Assembly: GCF_018977255.1 (NCBI RefSeq)
Contig: NW_024704743.1
Coordinates: 45,262,001-45,326,000, forward strand
DNA: 64,000 nt
Direction: 5' to 3'
Origin: Callorhinchus milii
Lineage: Eukaryota
Numbering within the stretch: position 1 is the first letter of the stretch; every line of letters begins with the position of its first letter. The translations under genes were made by a program, and so were the position numbers. Below, piece after piece: positions 1 to 12,949 of the stretch. The notes under the pieces are model-generated. The model saw nothing but the letters and a program-made list of their open reading frames with translations, was not told the DNA's origin and did not search any database.

Positions 1-429
1 TAACATAAAACAGGCTATGTTCTTTTTACCACCCCCTCAAAAAAACACTTGCGATAAAATATAACAGCCCCGTGTGTCCTATATTATAGTTAATCTGTCA
101 CACATTGATGAAAAGAATGCGGCTGTTCCGTGCATTTGTCGAGCTAATGTTTTTTTAAAATCTTTAATCCGGAATTTGGATTATACCACCAATTCTTAGA
201 TGCTCAAGAGTACAATGGCAAGACACAAACCTTCACCTCACCAACAACACAGAACTTTTTTCTCCAGAGCTGTGTCACCATGGGATACAAGAACCCAGGC
301 TACATCATTTCAGCTGCTATCTGCATACAGATGTTTATGGAGAGCCTGCTCTCTTGACTCTATACAGAGATAAATTTGTATCAATGCCAATACTTAAGTA
401 TTCCTCACACTTATCTACAAGTTATTTCA

Positions 430-690
430 TTCCCCAGCACCTTATCTCTCCAACCTGCTCACGCCCCACAAATCTACTGCCCCATTGCGCAGCCAGCTCA
501 GGCTTCCTGCGTCCAAGTCCCTCCACGTGCTCCACCCTCGCCCCGAATCTCTGGAATTCCCTGCCTCAATCCTTCCACCTTATCCTCGCTTTTCCCAACT
601 TCAGATCACACCTGAAGAACTTCCACCTCGCCCGCGCCTACAGTCACTTCTGTTCCTCTTTGGCCCAATGTCAGATTTGCAGATCAGTGT
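430..690 (+). mobile_element. Old L2 LINE 3' fragment
   Basis: Translates APNLWNSLPQSFHL...FRSHLKNF, the L2 ORF2 C-terminal motif. Confidence 0.75.
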
Positions 691-1948
691 GATATTCTTC
701 TAGTTATGGAAAATAATCCCCACTCAAGTTTTTTTATTAGAAATCAATGCACATCAGCCGGCTTTCTGTGGGCATGCACAGTGAATGCAAAAGCACTGAC
801 TGTCAACCACGCTCGATAGAAGGTAGATTGGAATTTTATGTCCCAAACTACCACCTTATAGCAGATTCTACTTTAGTACCCGACCTTGAATTAAGCCTAT
901 CCAGAGAGCCTTATTTTTGGTTCCTAATCAAAAGAATGTTAAAAAGATCTAAATCTCATTTCAACCAGCTGCTCTACTAGAGGAGCTGCAGGCTGTAAGA
1001 ATATAAATGAGGTTATTCCTGACCAAGCAGAAGGTATAATAGCATGTACGCAAAACACGAATTGCGTAAACATCATTTATTCCCCGAAATACCTCCCCTC
1101 CTCCTTTTAGTTAAACGTATAAGGTTGAGGGAGGCAGGGAAAGGTAGAGGGGAGAAAGAAGATATCAAGAAAGCAGAGTAGTTTAAAAATTTCAAAACTG
1201 AATACAATTAATATTAGAAATCTCTACCATATATTCAAATTTAATTTAAAGTCATCCACATTTGATACTGTATTGATTCATTCATAAAAAAATGCAGATT
1301 GACACAACATAAAAAAGTAGCTTCAAGATTAAGACTCCACGATTAAGTAAGACCATCCCAACTAGAGCATATATAAAAAAGCAAAGAAATTTGGAATCTA
1401 CATGCAATCACTCTGTGCAATTGGGATGTTCAAAATCCATCTGCAGAACAAAGCCATAACCTACATAATACTAACAAGACACAGTGCAGGAGATTAAACG
1501 CACAATGTTGGATCTCATGAAAGTGAAACCACTTTAATGATTTAAAATGTACAGAGGACAAAAGGAATTCCCCAAAGATTAACTGTAGAACAGGCTCCAC
1601 CATCGTTAATCATCTCACGTGAATGTCATCGTGCATCATAGGCATGAAGTGTATTCATCACTAACATCCACACCACCAGCTGCTGCTGCTGTCACATCAA
1701 ATGCAGAACAAAAACTCTCACACAGAACTGAAAAGATAGATTATAATAAAAGGATACTGTGGGACAATTTCAAGGATGCAAGTCTGTATGGTTCACATGA
1801 CTTATGAACCACTGGGTATTTGTGCTCAGATTTGGAATGCCCACCTAACCTTTAATTTTAAAATGTTCCATTATTCACATATGAAATCAGCCAATCTCTG
1901 CTGGTAAGCATGCTGTCTGTAGCAGGAAATGTTATAACAAACCCTTAC

Positions 1949-2173
1949 CTCAGCTATTGGAGGCTGCCCAGATGGCTCACTTAAAAATGGCATAGCACGG
2001 AATGAGACATCAGACTCTCTTGGTTGAGCCTGGGCAGAAGCTGAAGAAGGCCGTGGTGCTGGGGGAGATTTATTACCAGTCATCCTCCGACTTCTTTCTG
2101 TAGCAATCTGGTCTCGAATTCTTTGCAGATTTTCTACGGAAGCATTTTTGGGAAACACAAGATGGGTTTCATC
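1949..2173 (-). CDS. NGLY1: NGLY1 coding exon 3 (225 nt, end of PUB domain plus linker)
   Basis: [28 protein letters not shown]...SGQPPIAE, similar to vertebrate [21 protein letters not shown]. Acceptor TTGCAG|, donor GAG|GTAAGG, phase 0. No exon 4 recognised in 1-1948, so the gene continues beyond the window. Confidence 0.93.
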
Positions 2174-2371
2174 CTGCAAGGTCAAAAAGAGCATCAACAA
2201 TCAACATTGCAATGTATTATTTGAAGGTCGATGTGTAATTGCAGTTTCTTTTCAAAATCGGATGAATTTGTATTCTAGCAGTTAGCACTTTTCCAGGATC
2301 AGGGGATTCCAAATTGTCTCTTAAGCTGTCCAAGGAGCCTTCTGCTGTTAAACTTAATGGAGTTTCTCTGC

Positions 2372-2747
2372 TTAAACCCCATGTCAGGACTTGGAATTAT
2401 ACAATGTAGCCTCAGCTGACACCCCTAATGCATTCCTGGGGGGTGTTTCATTGTCAGAGGTGCAGTCTTTCTGTTGAGAAGTTAAACGAAGGTCCCGTCT
2501 GCCTGGTTAGGTAGACGTTAAAGATCCCATGGAACTATTCAAAGAGACTTTCTTCCAGTATTCTTGCCAATGAATAAAACTGGTCACTGACTCCATGATT
2601 GTTTGTGGGACATTGCTGTGCCCAATTGGCTGCCGTGTTTCACCCACAAAACTCACAATCAATCCACTTTACTGTTAACCTGTGAAGTGCTTTGAGATGT
2701 TCCTCTGCCACCTCACACCATATGAAAGGCACCATATTAAATGTAAT
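2372..2747 (+). mobile_element. Old Deu-domain SINE (SacSINE1/AmnSINE-like)
   Basis: GAGGTGCAGTCTTT...GTTAAACGAAGGTCCCGTCTGCC...AAAGATCCCATGG...GTTTGTGGGACATTGCTGTG...AATTGGCTGCC plus an L2-type tail. Confidence 0.8.
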
Positions 2748-2901
2748 GTCAGCCCCAGAAAGCTGTAGAGGGACAGTCGGATACAAAAAGGGCATTTGGA
2801 TTAAAAGATCTGCCAACATCTAATAAACTAGTGGAACAGGCTCAATGACCTCCTCATGTTCCTGTATTTCTATCACTTCAATTTAAAAAGTCATACTATA
2901 C

Positions 2902-3016
2902 CTCTTGAAATCCCATTTCGAAGAGACATTCGACCGCTCCCTTGACTGGTAGCAGTCTGGTGGAAAAGGCTGGGTTCGCTATCTTAATCGATCGGTATTT
3001 GTCTTCATTTGGGTTT
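2902..3016 (-). CDS. NGLY1: NGLY1 coding exon 2 (115 nt, PUB domain)
   Basis: Not in the ORF track; translated by hand as (R)[38 protein letters not shown]. Acceptor TGTATGACAG|, donor GAG|GTATAG. Phase matches exon 1 (AG+A = Arg). Confidence 0.96.
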
Positions 3017-3334
3017 CTGTCATACACAAAATACATTGTTTGATACCTTCAGTAGTTTATCAAATGCAGATATCTTCCTAACTAGATTTTTGATGAGATC
3101 CCACCGTAGGAGAGCAGAACAAAGCTTTGAAATTTACTCATGGCTGCAAATAAATCAACCAGACACAACCGTAACAAGGATATTCATATGAATTGAACAC
3201 TTGTTGAGAGCACAAGAGATGGAACATTTGAGAAGTCAACAAGCTAAACATAAATTTTTCGTAGAGTCTAACTTTCAATTTACACGACAGTGACATTTTT
3301 ATTTTTACCCTTCTCACGATTAAACTCTAAATTC

Positions 3335-3685
3335 AGTCTAGGTTGACACTCGAATGCAGTGCTGGGACTGGATTGTATTGACAGCGGCGCCATCCTTCAG
3401 AAGAGATGTTAAAGGAGATTTTGTCTGCCTGCTCAGGTGGACATTAAAGATCCCATGGCACTATTTGAAAAGCGAAAAGTGTTTCCCCCTATGACATGGC
3501 CAACAATCCTCCAACTAAATTAGTCACTCACTTCATAGGCATTTTTGGGACATTACTGTGTATAAATTTACTCCTGCATTCTCCTATAAAATATACGATC
3601 ACCAAACTTCACAGTAAATCCTCTGAGGGGCTTTGAGACATCCTCCCAACAACAAAGGTCTTACATCAAATGCAAGCATTATTAA
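3335..3685 (+). mobile_element. Old Deu-domain SINE
   Basis: GTCTGCCTGCTCAGGTGGACATTAAAGATCCCATGGCACTATTTGAA plus tail. Confidence 0.78.
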
Positions 3686-5711
3686 ATTACAAAATACTAC
3701 CACCTCCAGCAAGTCAAGAACGTACAAAGTCACACCATGTCTAGTGCAAATGGTACTCAAATGATGCACCCCGCTACTAAAAAGCATGTATAAGTCTTCT
3801 TTTCAGTCAGAGCAACTTACACAATTCAACTGGAACATTTACCCACACTGGGACAAAATTCTGATTAAAGTATTTTAGGTATAAAATCTCCAGAGTTTAA
3901 TGCTGTAAATTAGCAGGAATTCACACAAGCTCAAAAGCTATCATTACGGGAACAAGAAAACATTAGGCAACGCATTACAATATGTAGAATTCAAACACCA
4001 CATGGTGAACTGTTAAGATTGCTGAACATTGCTCATCTAGATTTAGTTCCAAGACTAGGAAACAGCTGCACTATACAAACAGCAAGTCACAACACAGTGT
4101 GCAGTTCCATTCTCTGAATACCCTTCATTAAAAATATTCTGATCCATGTCAGACACTATTTTTAATATACAGCAGAACCACAGGCAAAATGCTTATTTAA
4201 ATTTATTCGGATTGCCTTTTCCCTCCCAATCACAACAGTGCATCAAGAGCACATGAAGAGGTGGAACTGCTGTCTCAGTAAGGTTTCTACAACGGGTGAT
4301 GAATTATACAAAATGAACTAAAAAGAGGGTGCTTCATTAGAGTAACTGTTTCTATCCAGTCTGAAGGCCATAAATTTTATTTTTCATAAATTTAGGTTTC
4401 ATAAATTACACAAGGGATTTGAAGAATAGGTTTTGAGGCAGTCATTTTATCAGAGTGTAAGCATGCTCAAATATGTTAGATTTTTTCAACAGACCTCATC
4501 AAAATATAAATTGCAGTAAACCTGAATTTCAAAGAACGCTTTGTAGTTGAGCATTATCAATCAGTTCACAATTTTTAAATATTAGCTTTAAATCTACAAG
4601 CCTCTATCCTTAAATAATATTTGCCAAAGTGGATGCTCTAGATATAAATTCACATGTTTATAGATCCACATAGTTACAACCTTAGATATGCATGCATTAA
4701 TAGTCACATTACCACGGTATAAAAAAAATTCTTGTTACGGCATCTTGAAAAAGGTTAGATTTACACTTGGGACATCCTCCCAACAAGAAAGACACTTTAT
4801 AAATGTAAATCTGTGTTGTATATTTTAATAAAAGCTGGAGTTCCAGAAATATGGTGCGCACTCTGCAGCCTTCTTCTATTTTTTGTTGCAGGGTACATTG
4901 TATATTTCAGTCTCATAACAAACATTAGAAATATATTTCTCACTCACACATCAACACTCCTATTAATGCTATTAACAACTCCCACCAAAAAAATTAAGTT
5001 TGGTGAAAGACTATTTAAATAGCCTTTTGAATTACATAACGATATATTGTTTAAGCAAGAAAGCAGTTAAGGAAAACTAGTCTGCAGGAAAGTGGCACTG
5101 AATGGAACAGAGCACTGTACTCCTACCTTGAAATAAACAAATTCTCGCACAGTCAGAGGCCACTTGTCGAATCAAGACAAAAATTGTTAGTTCATCCAAA
5201 AGGACAATACGTTCTAATTCCTAATCCCTGCTCTTTCCCTTTATATTCTTCCTCTTCAAATCTTTAGCCAATTGCTTTTAAATTATGTTCTGACTCAGCT
5301 TCTTCAACAACCACTTGCAGCAAAGAATTCTATATTGATAACCTATTGACGCACAAAAATGTTTCTTCTAACCTCCCCCCTTAACTTCAAATGACAAATT
5401 ATTTAGATCAATACAATTAATTCATTCTTAACAGGAAATATCAACAATATTCAAAGTATTTATTAAGACTAATTGTTTTAAACCAATCGTTTTCTGCTTT
5501 CCGACTACTATTTTTTCTAAAAATTCAATATTTATAGCCAAAGTAAAGCACTAAAACAGGGGGAGTTTGAACATCTGAAGGCATAGGAACACAATTCAAC
5601 AAGCACAATATCCCAACTTTAATGTTACAGTGCATGTATCAAATAATAAATATAATAAGTAATCCTAGCATTTGATATAGCACCTGATCACATCTCGAAA
5701 CGCTTCTTGCT

Positions 5712-6400
5712 GTCTTGTTTGACCTTCAACTGTCCTTTCTATCCTACATCCACGCCATGACCCGCTCTGCCTTCCCCCACATCGCCCGGCTCCACCACTG
5801 CCTCTCCCTTCAGGCTGCTCAAACCCTCGACTACACAAACTCCCTACCTGTGAGCCTTTCGAACACTTCCCTCCGCAAGATGCAGATCATCCAGAACTCT
5901 GTAGCTCGTGTCCTCTCCCGCACCAGGCTCTGTGACCCTATCACTATCACTACCACCCTCGCCCGATTCCACTGGCTCCCCTGAGGATAGAGTTCAAAAT
6001 CATCGTCCTTACCTTGAAGGCCCTCCATGGCCTTGCTCCTTCCTACCTCTGTGACCTGCTCACCCCATATCAACCTGTCCACTCCCTCCGCTGAGCATGC
6101 TCCGGCCTGCTTCATGTCCCCCACCATCGGCGCTCAGGCCTTCAGCTTCTCTGCCCCCACTCTTTGTAACTCCATCCAACAGTCCCTTCATCTTGCTCCT
6201 TCTATTGCCCTCTTCAAAGCACGTCTCAAGACCCTCCTTTTCGACCGTGTATTCATTTGCTCACCCTCCTATCCCCACCCTCGCTGCCCTCCGCCACTCC
6301 TGATCCCAGCCCCCTGCTCGGGTCCACATGCCTGACTGCTCAGCGCCTTGGGACATCCTCCTGACCTGAAAGGCGCTATATAAATGTCATTTGTTGTCAT
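5712..6400 (+). mobile_element. L2 LINE 3' fragment
   Basis: [15 protein letters not shown]...LARFHWLP, then the L2 3' stem-loop and (TTG) tail. Confidence 0.88.
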
Positions 6401-6600
6401 TTGAGACATCTCAAAACGCTTTACAGAATATATTTTAAGTGGAGTGACTGTATATATTGTAGGCGAAACGCGGCAGCCAATTGCGCACAGCAGTGCCCCA
6501 CAAACAGTTGTGGATTGAGTGACCAAATTATTATTTAATTTTTTTTTGAAGGGATTATTACCCCCGGAAAAGCAATCCGCCAATCGACTAACAACAAACG
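6400..6600 (-). mobile_element. CORE+Deu SINE, long variant, partial
   Basis: Reverse complement of the Deu segment, plus the long-variant segment GGAAAAGCAATCCGCCAATCGACTAACAAC. Confidence 0.75.
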
Positions 6601-7518
6601 TATATAGTCTTCTAACTACAATCATAATGGGACAACAAACATTAAAACAAGGTCCCATGGCACTTTTTGAAAAAGAAATTTCTTCTGATGTCCTGGCCAA
6701 CAGTCTCCCAGAGAAATTTGTACATTCAGTGGTTGTTTGTGGGACACTGTTGTGCACAAACTGGCTGCCTCATCCGCCCGCAGTCAAAAAAAACTTTACA
6801 GTCAATCTCAAGAAGTGTTTGAGACACCCTGACATTGTGACAAATCTCTATATTGATTATTCCAATGCCTTCCTCACCGGTGTCCCCAGCTTTGCCATTC
6901 ATAAAATCACTCGGCCACTGTTAAGTACTCCAAGACACTGCCCCTCATGAAGAGTGCTATATAAATGCAAGTTGCTGTGTAACAATTGCAAGGATTATTA
7001 ATGTTACCAGTTAATACTGAAGAGGGAAAGAAAAGGAAATAAAAGAGATTCACATTAGAGACGTGTGTCTGTGTGAGCAACTGGCCAGGTATCGCTGAAA
7101 CAAATGGGTCCATTCCCCACCAAATCATCTTCTCTATGCCCGGGTTAATGAAGAATTTGGTTAGTTTCCTTAAGCAGGGTTTCTGTGGAAGATTTTTTTC
7201 CCCCCTCCAACTTTTCATTTAAAATAGCCAAACATCTGTACTGCCTGTCAGTTCATTGAGCAATAATAAAGGACACTTGTCACTCCTGCATTCATTTAGT
7301 AATAATCTTTGCATTTGATATAGCATCTTATCATGTCTTCAAGAGGAAGTTGTGCAGCATCTCCTCCATTAATAACCCTGATCTTAGCAGAGTCGCACAG
7401 CACTAGAAACAAGTCCTCGATAACCAAATAATGTTTTCATAACTGCAAGGGGTTGGTCCGCATTACTGCAGATAGAGCACATTCCGCTATATCATATATT
7501 TGGTACATAGAGCGGTAG

Positions 7519-7819
7519 ATAATAAAAATAATCCTTGCATTTGATATAGCGCTTTTCACGTCTTCTCGACATCTCAAAGCGCTTCACAGAATAGACTGTA
7601 AAGTGAATTGACTGTATATTTGTGGGTGAAACGCAGCAGCCAATTGCACACAGCAATGTCCCACAAACAGTCATGGATTGAGCGACCAATTTATTTTTTG
7701 AGAGAGATTATTACCAGGCATGTGGAGTAAGGAAACTTGCCCAAGGTTTCGCCCTGCCGGGAATCGAACCCAGGTCTCTCACTTGCAAAGCGAGTGCTCT
7801 AACCACTGAGCTACAGGAC
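7519..7819 (-). mobile_element. tRNA-Ala-derived CORE+Deu SINE, near full length
   Basis: tRNA-like head GTCCTGTAGCTCAGTGGTTAGAGC, CCTTGGGCAAGTTTCC, Deu segment, stem-loop tail and (ATT)n, all on the minus strand. Confidence 0.92.
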
Positions 7820-8450
7820 ATCAACTATGGAGTAGAATATCCAGCATGTATGCAAATACATTTAAATTCTGCATATTGCTTGCATCTTGTGACACACCTC
7901 TTTTGCAAACAGTCATAAAACAGTCAATGGTAATGATTTAATACATTGTCTGGACCTATTTTGTTATTAATAAGTTGCAGAAGCGGCAATGAATTGTAGG
8001 CTGAAATACCATGAGCACATCCATTAAAGTATCAAACTATTCTTTTGATAAAAAGTAATTTTACCAAGCGAACTTCAGATAAGATTTTTAAAAGAAACAC
8101 TTAATCTAGTTTCCATTACAACACCCATTTATAATTCCCTACACACAATGGCACAATTAACAATTAACACAATAGATGTTAATAAGTCACAACGAGTTCA
8201 AAGCAGCCCTAATGGCACATTAAATTACTTTGGTCTTTGAATCTCAACTGCAATTACAAAGAATATTTCAGCCACAAAACTTGAAAAATGCCTTCTTCAG
8301 CCTACATGCATCACCAAAAAAAAAAAATGGTGAATGTTTTAACAAACTGTTTTTCTTTACAAATGACAAATCCATTCTGGGAAGCTTACTTGCAACAGCC
8401 TTTTGTACTGTGATCACAACTGAACCATTCTCCACATTAGTGCAGATAGT

Positions 8451-8764
8451 GGAGTCCTGAAACTCAGTGGTTAGAGCACTCGCTTTGCAAGCGACGCACC
8501 TGGGTTCAATTCTAGGCAGGGCGAAACCTTGGGCAAGTTTCCTTACTCCACACGCCTAATAATAATCCCTCCAAAAAAACAAAACAATAATAAATTGGTC
8601 ATTTTCAATCCATGACTGTTTGTGGGACACTGCTGTGCGCAATTGGCTGCCGCATTTCGCCCACAAATATACAGTCAATTCATTTTACAGCATATTCTGT
8701 GAAGCGCTTTTCACGTCTTCTAGACGTCTCAAAGCGCTATATCAAATGCAAGAATTATTATTAT
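8451..8764 (+). mobile_element. tRNA-Ala-derived CORE+Deu SINE, full length
   Basis: Same family. The 3' stem-loop interior is inverted (see findings). Confidence 0.92.
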
Positions 8765-9568
8765 ACTACAATAGCAGCACAATTTCCAAGCCATCAACAA
8801 CTGGCGAGTGCTGCATGATGCACTGTACAGCTTCCATTTTTCAGCATCCCAGTAATTGACTCATAACAGCCTTCATCTGCCGCAGCTGTGTTTTTTTTTG
8901 GAGCGCCTCCTACAGCATTGCCAGAATGTGCCTCACAATAAAGAGCACAAAATTAGTTTAAAATAAATAGGAAGCCATGAGTATTAAACAGCAAAGCAGA
9001 GTGGACAGGTCAAATAACCTACACCTGTTGTTGTGGTCTTTATTAGAACTAGTTTCCACAATAGCCAACTGTAGGACATCAGCTGCAACGCTTGGTTCAG
9101 CAGAAAAAGCTACTTCTTACTTAAAACACATTCATAAAAAGCCTTAATGAGAGACTGAGGAGACTGGGTTACTTTACGTAGGGCAGAAAAGATTATGGTG
9201 TCATCTTATTGAGGTATTCATACAATGGTGGGGCATACGATTAAAAGATCTGCCAAAATCCCAAACTGGTGGAGCAGGATCAATCGGTTGAACGGCCTCT
9301 TCCTGGTTTCCTATGCTGCTATAAGTATCAAAATGGTAAGCCACTCAAAAAGTTCAGTTCATTATATTAAAAAGTTGCTGCTGATAATTTTATGAATTAA
9401 AACTGCACAGAAATAAAATTGATCAATCGAAAAACGGTTTCCCCTCAGGATATAAAGTATAGAACTTCTATAAATAACAATCTAGACATTAAGAGTGAGA
9501 CAGACATCTTGATTATCATAACTTCAATTCAGGGATACACTAAGACACGACAAGCTACCGGCAGCTAT

Positions 9569-10914
9569 CAAGCTACCGGCCCATCTCCAACCTCCCCTTC
9601 CTGTCCAAGGTCCTGGAACGAGTTGTTGCCTCCCAACTGCGCTCTTTCCTCTCCACCCATTCACTATTCGAACCCCTTCAGTCAGGTTTCCGTGCTGCCC
9701 ATAGCACAGAAACTGCCCTGGTCAAGGTCACCAATGATATCCTGACCATCTGTGACCAGGGCTCCCTCTGCCTCCTCGTCCTCCTCGACCTATCGGCAGC
9801 ATTCGATACGGTTGACCACGCTATCCTACTCCACCGCTTGTCCTCCCACCTCAACCTTCAAGGCACTGTCCTTGAATGGTTTAGGTCGTACCTTTCTCAC
9901 CGTCTTCACTTTGTCTCCACGAATGGCTTCTCCTCCACCCCCCGTACTGTCTCATGTGGTGTCCCTCAGGGCTCTGTCCTTGGTCCCCTCCTCTTCACCC
10001 TCTATATGCTCCCCCTCGGTGACATCATCCGCAAACATGGGGTTAACTTCCACATGTATGCGGATGACACCCAACTCTACCTTTCCTCCTCTACCCTCAA
10101 CTCCACGACCACCGATGTCCTGACAGTCTGCCTGTCTGCCTCTCCACCTCTCAAAGCCATCAGGAACCTCGGCGTTTTGTTCGACCCTGAGCTGTCCTTT
10201 CTCCCTCATATTCGCGCCACAACTGGCACCGCCTTCCATCACCTCCAAAACATCGCCAGACTACGGCACTACCTCACCCCTCACGCGGCTGAAACCCTGG
10301 TCCACGCCTTCATCACCTCAAGGCTGGACTATGGGAACTCTCTCCTCGCCGGCCTTCCCGCCACCTCCCTCCACAAGCTGCAGGTCATTCAGAACTCTGC
10401 AGCTCGTGTACTGTCCCGCACCAGGCGTCGGGACCACATCACTCCCACCCTCGCTCGCCTCCACTGGCTCCCCATCCCCCAGAGGATCGAATTCAAGATC
10501 CTCATCCTCACCTACAAGGCCATTCACGGCCTTGCTCCCTCCTACCTCTCTGACCTACTATCCCCCTACCTACCTGCCCGTACCCTCCGTTCCTCTGGCT
10601 CCGGTCTGCTCCACATCCCCGCCCCAACCGCCCTACCATCGGTGGCCGGGCCTTCAGCCTCTCAGCCCCCAGGCTCTGGAACTCCATCCCCAGTGCCTTC
10701 GCCGCCTCCTCCCTCTCCTCCTTCAAGGCCGGTCTCAAGACCTTTCTCTTTGACCGTGCCTTCAGCTCCCCTCTCGACTCTCTACCCCCTCCTCGCTCCC
10801 TCCCTTCCCTCACCCTGACCATTTCCCCACTGCTCGGGTCCTGACCCAACTGTACAGCGCCTTGGGACGTCATCCCGACGTAAAAGGCGCTCTATGAATG
10901 GAATATTGTTGTTG
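9569..10914 (+). mobile_element. Young 5'-truncated L2 LINE (RT domain to 3' end)
   Basis: Open frame [15 protein letters not shown]...[11 protein letters not shown]...[13 protein letters not shown]...YADDTQLY...LHWLP, with an internal deletion near 10140 and a frameshift near 10620. Ends in the 3' stem-loop and (TTG)n. Confidence 0.95.
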
Positions 10915-12158
10915 TCCGTGCAGATACTCTTGCACGTATCAAATATGAGGTATTATGTAATTTCTGCAACGTAAAGGTTTAATTTTCTAGTAAAAATGTC
11001 TAGTGTTCACAATGGCTTGATACCAATGAAAAGAGATTGATGTTGGTATTCTGGAAGAATGAGATTAAATAATCTGAAGGATCTTTACCAAAGCTTTCAC
11101 TAAAAATTTACCAGCTCTTAAAATTTTAAAAAAGTCAACACTCAATCTGGTTAGCAGCACTACATGAATAATAATCCTTGCATTTGATATAGCACTTTTC
11201 ACGTCTTCTAGACATCCCAAAACGCTTCACAGAATAGACTGTAAAGTGAATTGACTGTACATTACAAATTGCAAAACCTAAACATTTGGCTACAGTGACC
11301 CCATACTGTTATCAACGAGAGGCATCACCCTCACAAGCAGTTTAACAACTTTACAATCACCAGAATTCACCTTCAAAAGAAAGATATGAATAAAGGCCCT
11401 TCAGCCTTTTCATATCCTTCTGAAATATACGCCTGACTACCATCCCACAATAGCTTTGAGTAGTTTCTTCAATGACTCACGTCTTGGCCTCAACCACCCT
11501 CCTGGTAACCCATTCCAGCCATTAATTACCCTTTGTAAACAAATATTTTCTGGTGCACGTCCTTACATTGCTCTTTGCAATCATGAACACCTCTTCTCCT
11601 GCTGTATTAGTTTCACTGAAGGTATTGGAAATCACTTTTTCTCAAAATCCTTTCACTTTACTATTCTTCTCCTTTGCTTAAAGCACTCTATTTGGTCGAT
11701 AACCTTAAGTATTTCTTCTTTCCCATCATCTCTGAAGCACTTTCAAATACAGTATTTTATTCAAAAGCCGCTATTCAAGTGCAAATTAGCTCAACCTTTA
11801 ATTTGGGGGATGATCCAGGTGGTTCCCTCCCCTCTGCCCGGGTCTCCACAGCACAACTCGAGCACCAGCCTGGGGATCTGAACCACTGGGATTTATCCCA
11901 CAAAACAGTCACACCAATGACAAGGAAAAAAATGACGTGGACGCTCAACGACTTGATAAAGGATTATTATATATTATATTAATATTATTGTATGATTGAA
12001 CAAGACAAAATGAGGATTATTATACAGTATATTAATTATTGCATAATCTTTGCCTTGGACCAGCATCTCAATCCAAGGTTGAAGAGCCTGACCTTACCTA
12101 ACCACAAGGTCAGTAATACTGTATTGTAATAATATATTATCATAATAATCAAGTCCTG

Positions 12159-12469
12159 AAGTCCTGTAGCTCAGTGGTTAGAGCACTCGCTTTGCAAGTG
12201 AGAGACCTGAGTTCAATTCCAGGCAGAGGGCGAAACCTTGGGCAAGTTTCCTTACTCCACACGCCTAATAATAATCCCTCCACAAAATAAATTGGTCATT
12301 TTCAATCTACGACTGTTTGTGGGACATTGCTGTGCGCAATTGGCTGTCGCGTTCGCCCACAAATATACAGTCAATTCACTTTACAGTGTGTTCTGTGAAG
12401 CGCTTTGAGAAGCCTCGAAGACGTGAAAAGCACTATATCAAATGCAAGGATTAGTATTATTATTATTAT
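12159..12469 (+). mobile_element. tRNA-Ala-derived CORE+Deu SINE, full length
   Basis: A-box TAGCTCAGTGG, B-box GTTCAATTCC, CORE-like CCTTGGGCAAGT, Deu segment, (ATT)n tail. Confidence 0.93.
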
Positions 12470-12678
12470 CATCAACAACACCACATATTAGTGGAATCCC
12501 AGACACACAGAGAGAGAGAGAGAGGAGGGATTCACCACAATCTCAGCCCCAAGTAAAAGCTTTTCTTTTAAAAAAAACACAAACCGTGGGTTTGGCCACG
12601 TAACCGCCCGCACGGCCCTCCCTCGCCCGTTCATAAAAGGTGAACCAATAAAACGAGGAGCCGCCCGCCCGCCCGCAC

Positions 12679-12776
12679 CTCAGGATGTTGTCCGCGTAAG
12701 TCAGCAGCAGCCGCGCCGCGTCCATGAAGCGCTCGTCGGGGTTGTCGCCGAGCGCGTTCACCGCCTCCGACACCAT
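12679..12776 (-). CDS. NGLY1: NGLY1 (peptide:N-glycanase) coding exon 1, start of PUB domain
   Basis: ATG at 12776 in a strong Kozak context (GCCGCCATGG). Translates MVSEAVNALGDNPDERFMDAARLLLTYADNIL(R), matching the vertebrate NGLY1 motif LLLTYADNILR. Ends AG|GTGCGG (phase 2). Confidence 0.95.
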
Positions 12777-12949
12777 GGCGGCTCCGGGTCACTATCCGTC
12801 GCCTGACCCCTGGCTCGACAGCGTCCTGCGTACGAGAAAGGTGTGAGGCCGCCAGGAGCAGTGAGCGAGAGAGAGAGAGAGAGAGAGAGGGAGCAGTCTG
12901 GGAGCTCAGGCGGGGCCCAGCCGCCTCCTTCCTCTTCCGGAAGTGCTTC

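Noticed and set aside
1..1948. NGLY1 exon 4
   Set aside because: I found no minus-strand frame resembling the expected HVLVYENP/IPV motif.
9838..10818. 326-aa ORF as a novel or domesticated reverse transcriptase gene
   Set aside because: It is a 5'-truncated L2 ORF2 with a TTG start, an internal deletion and a frameshifted Pro-rich tail.
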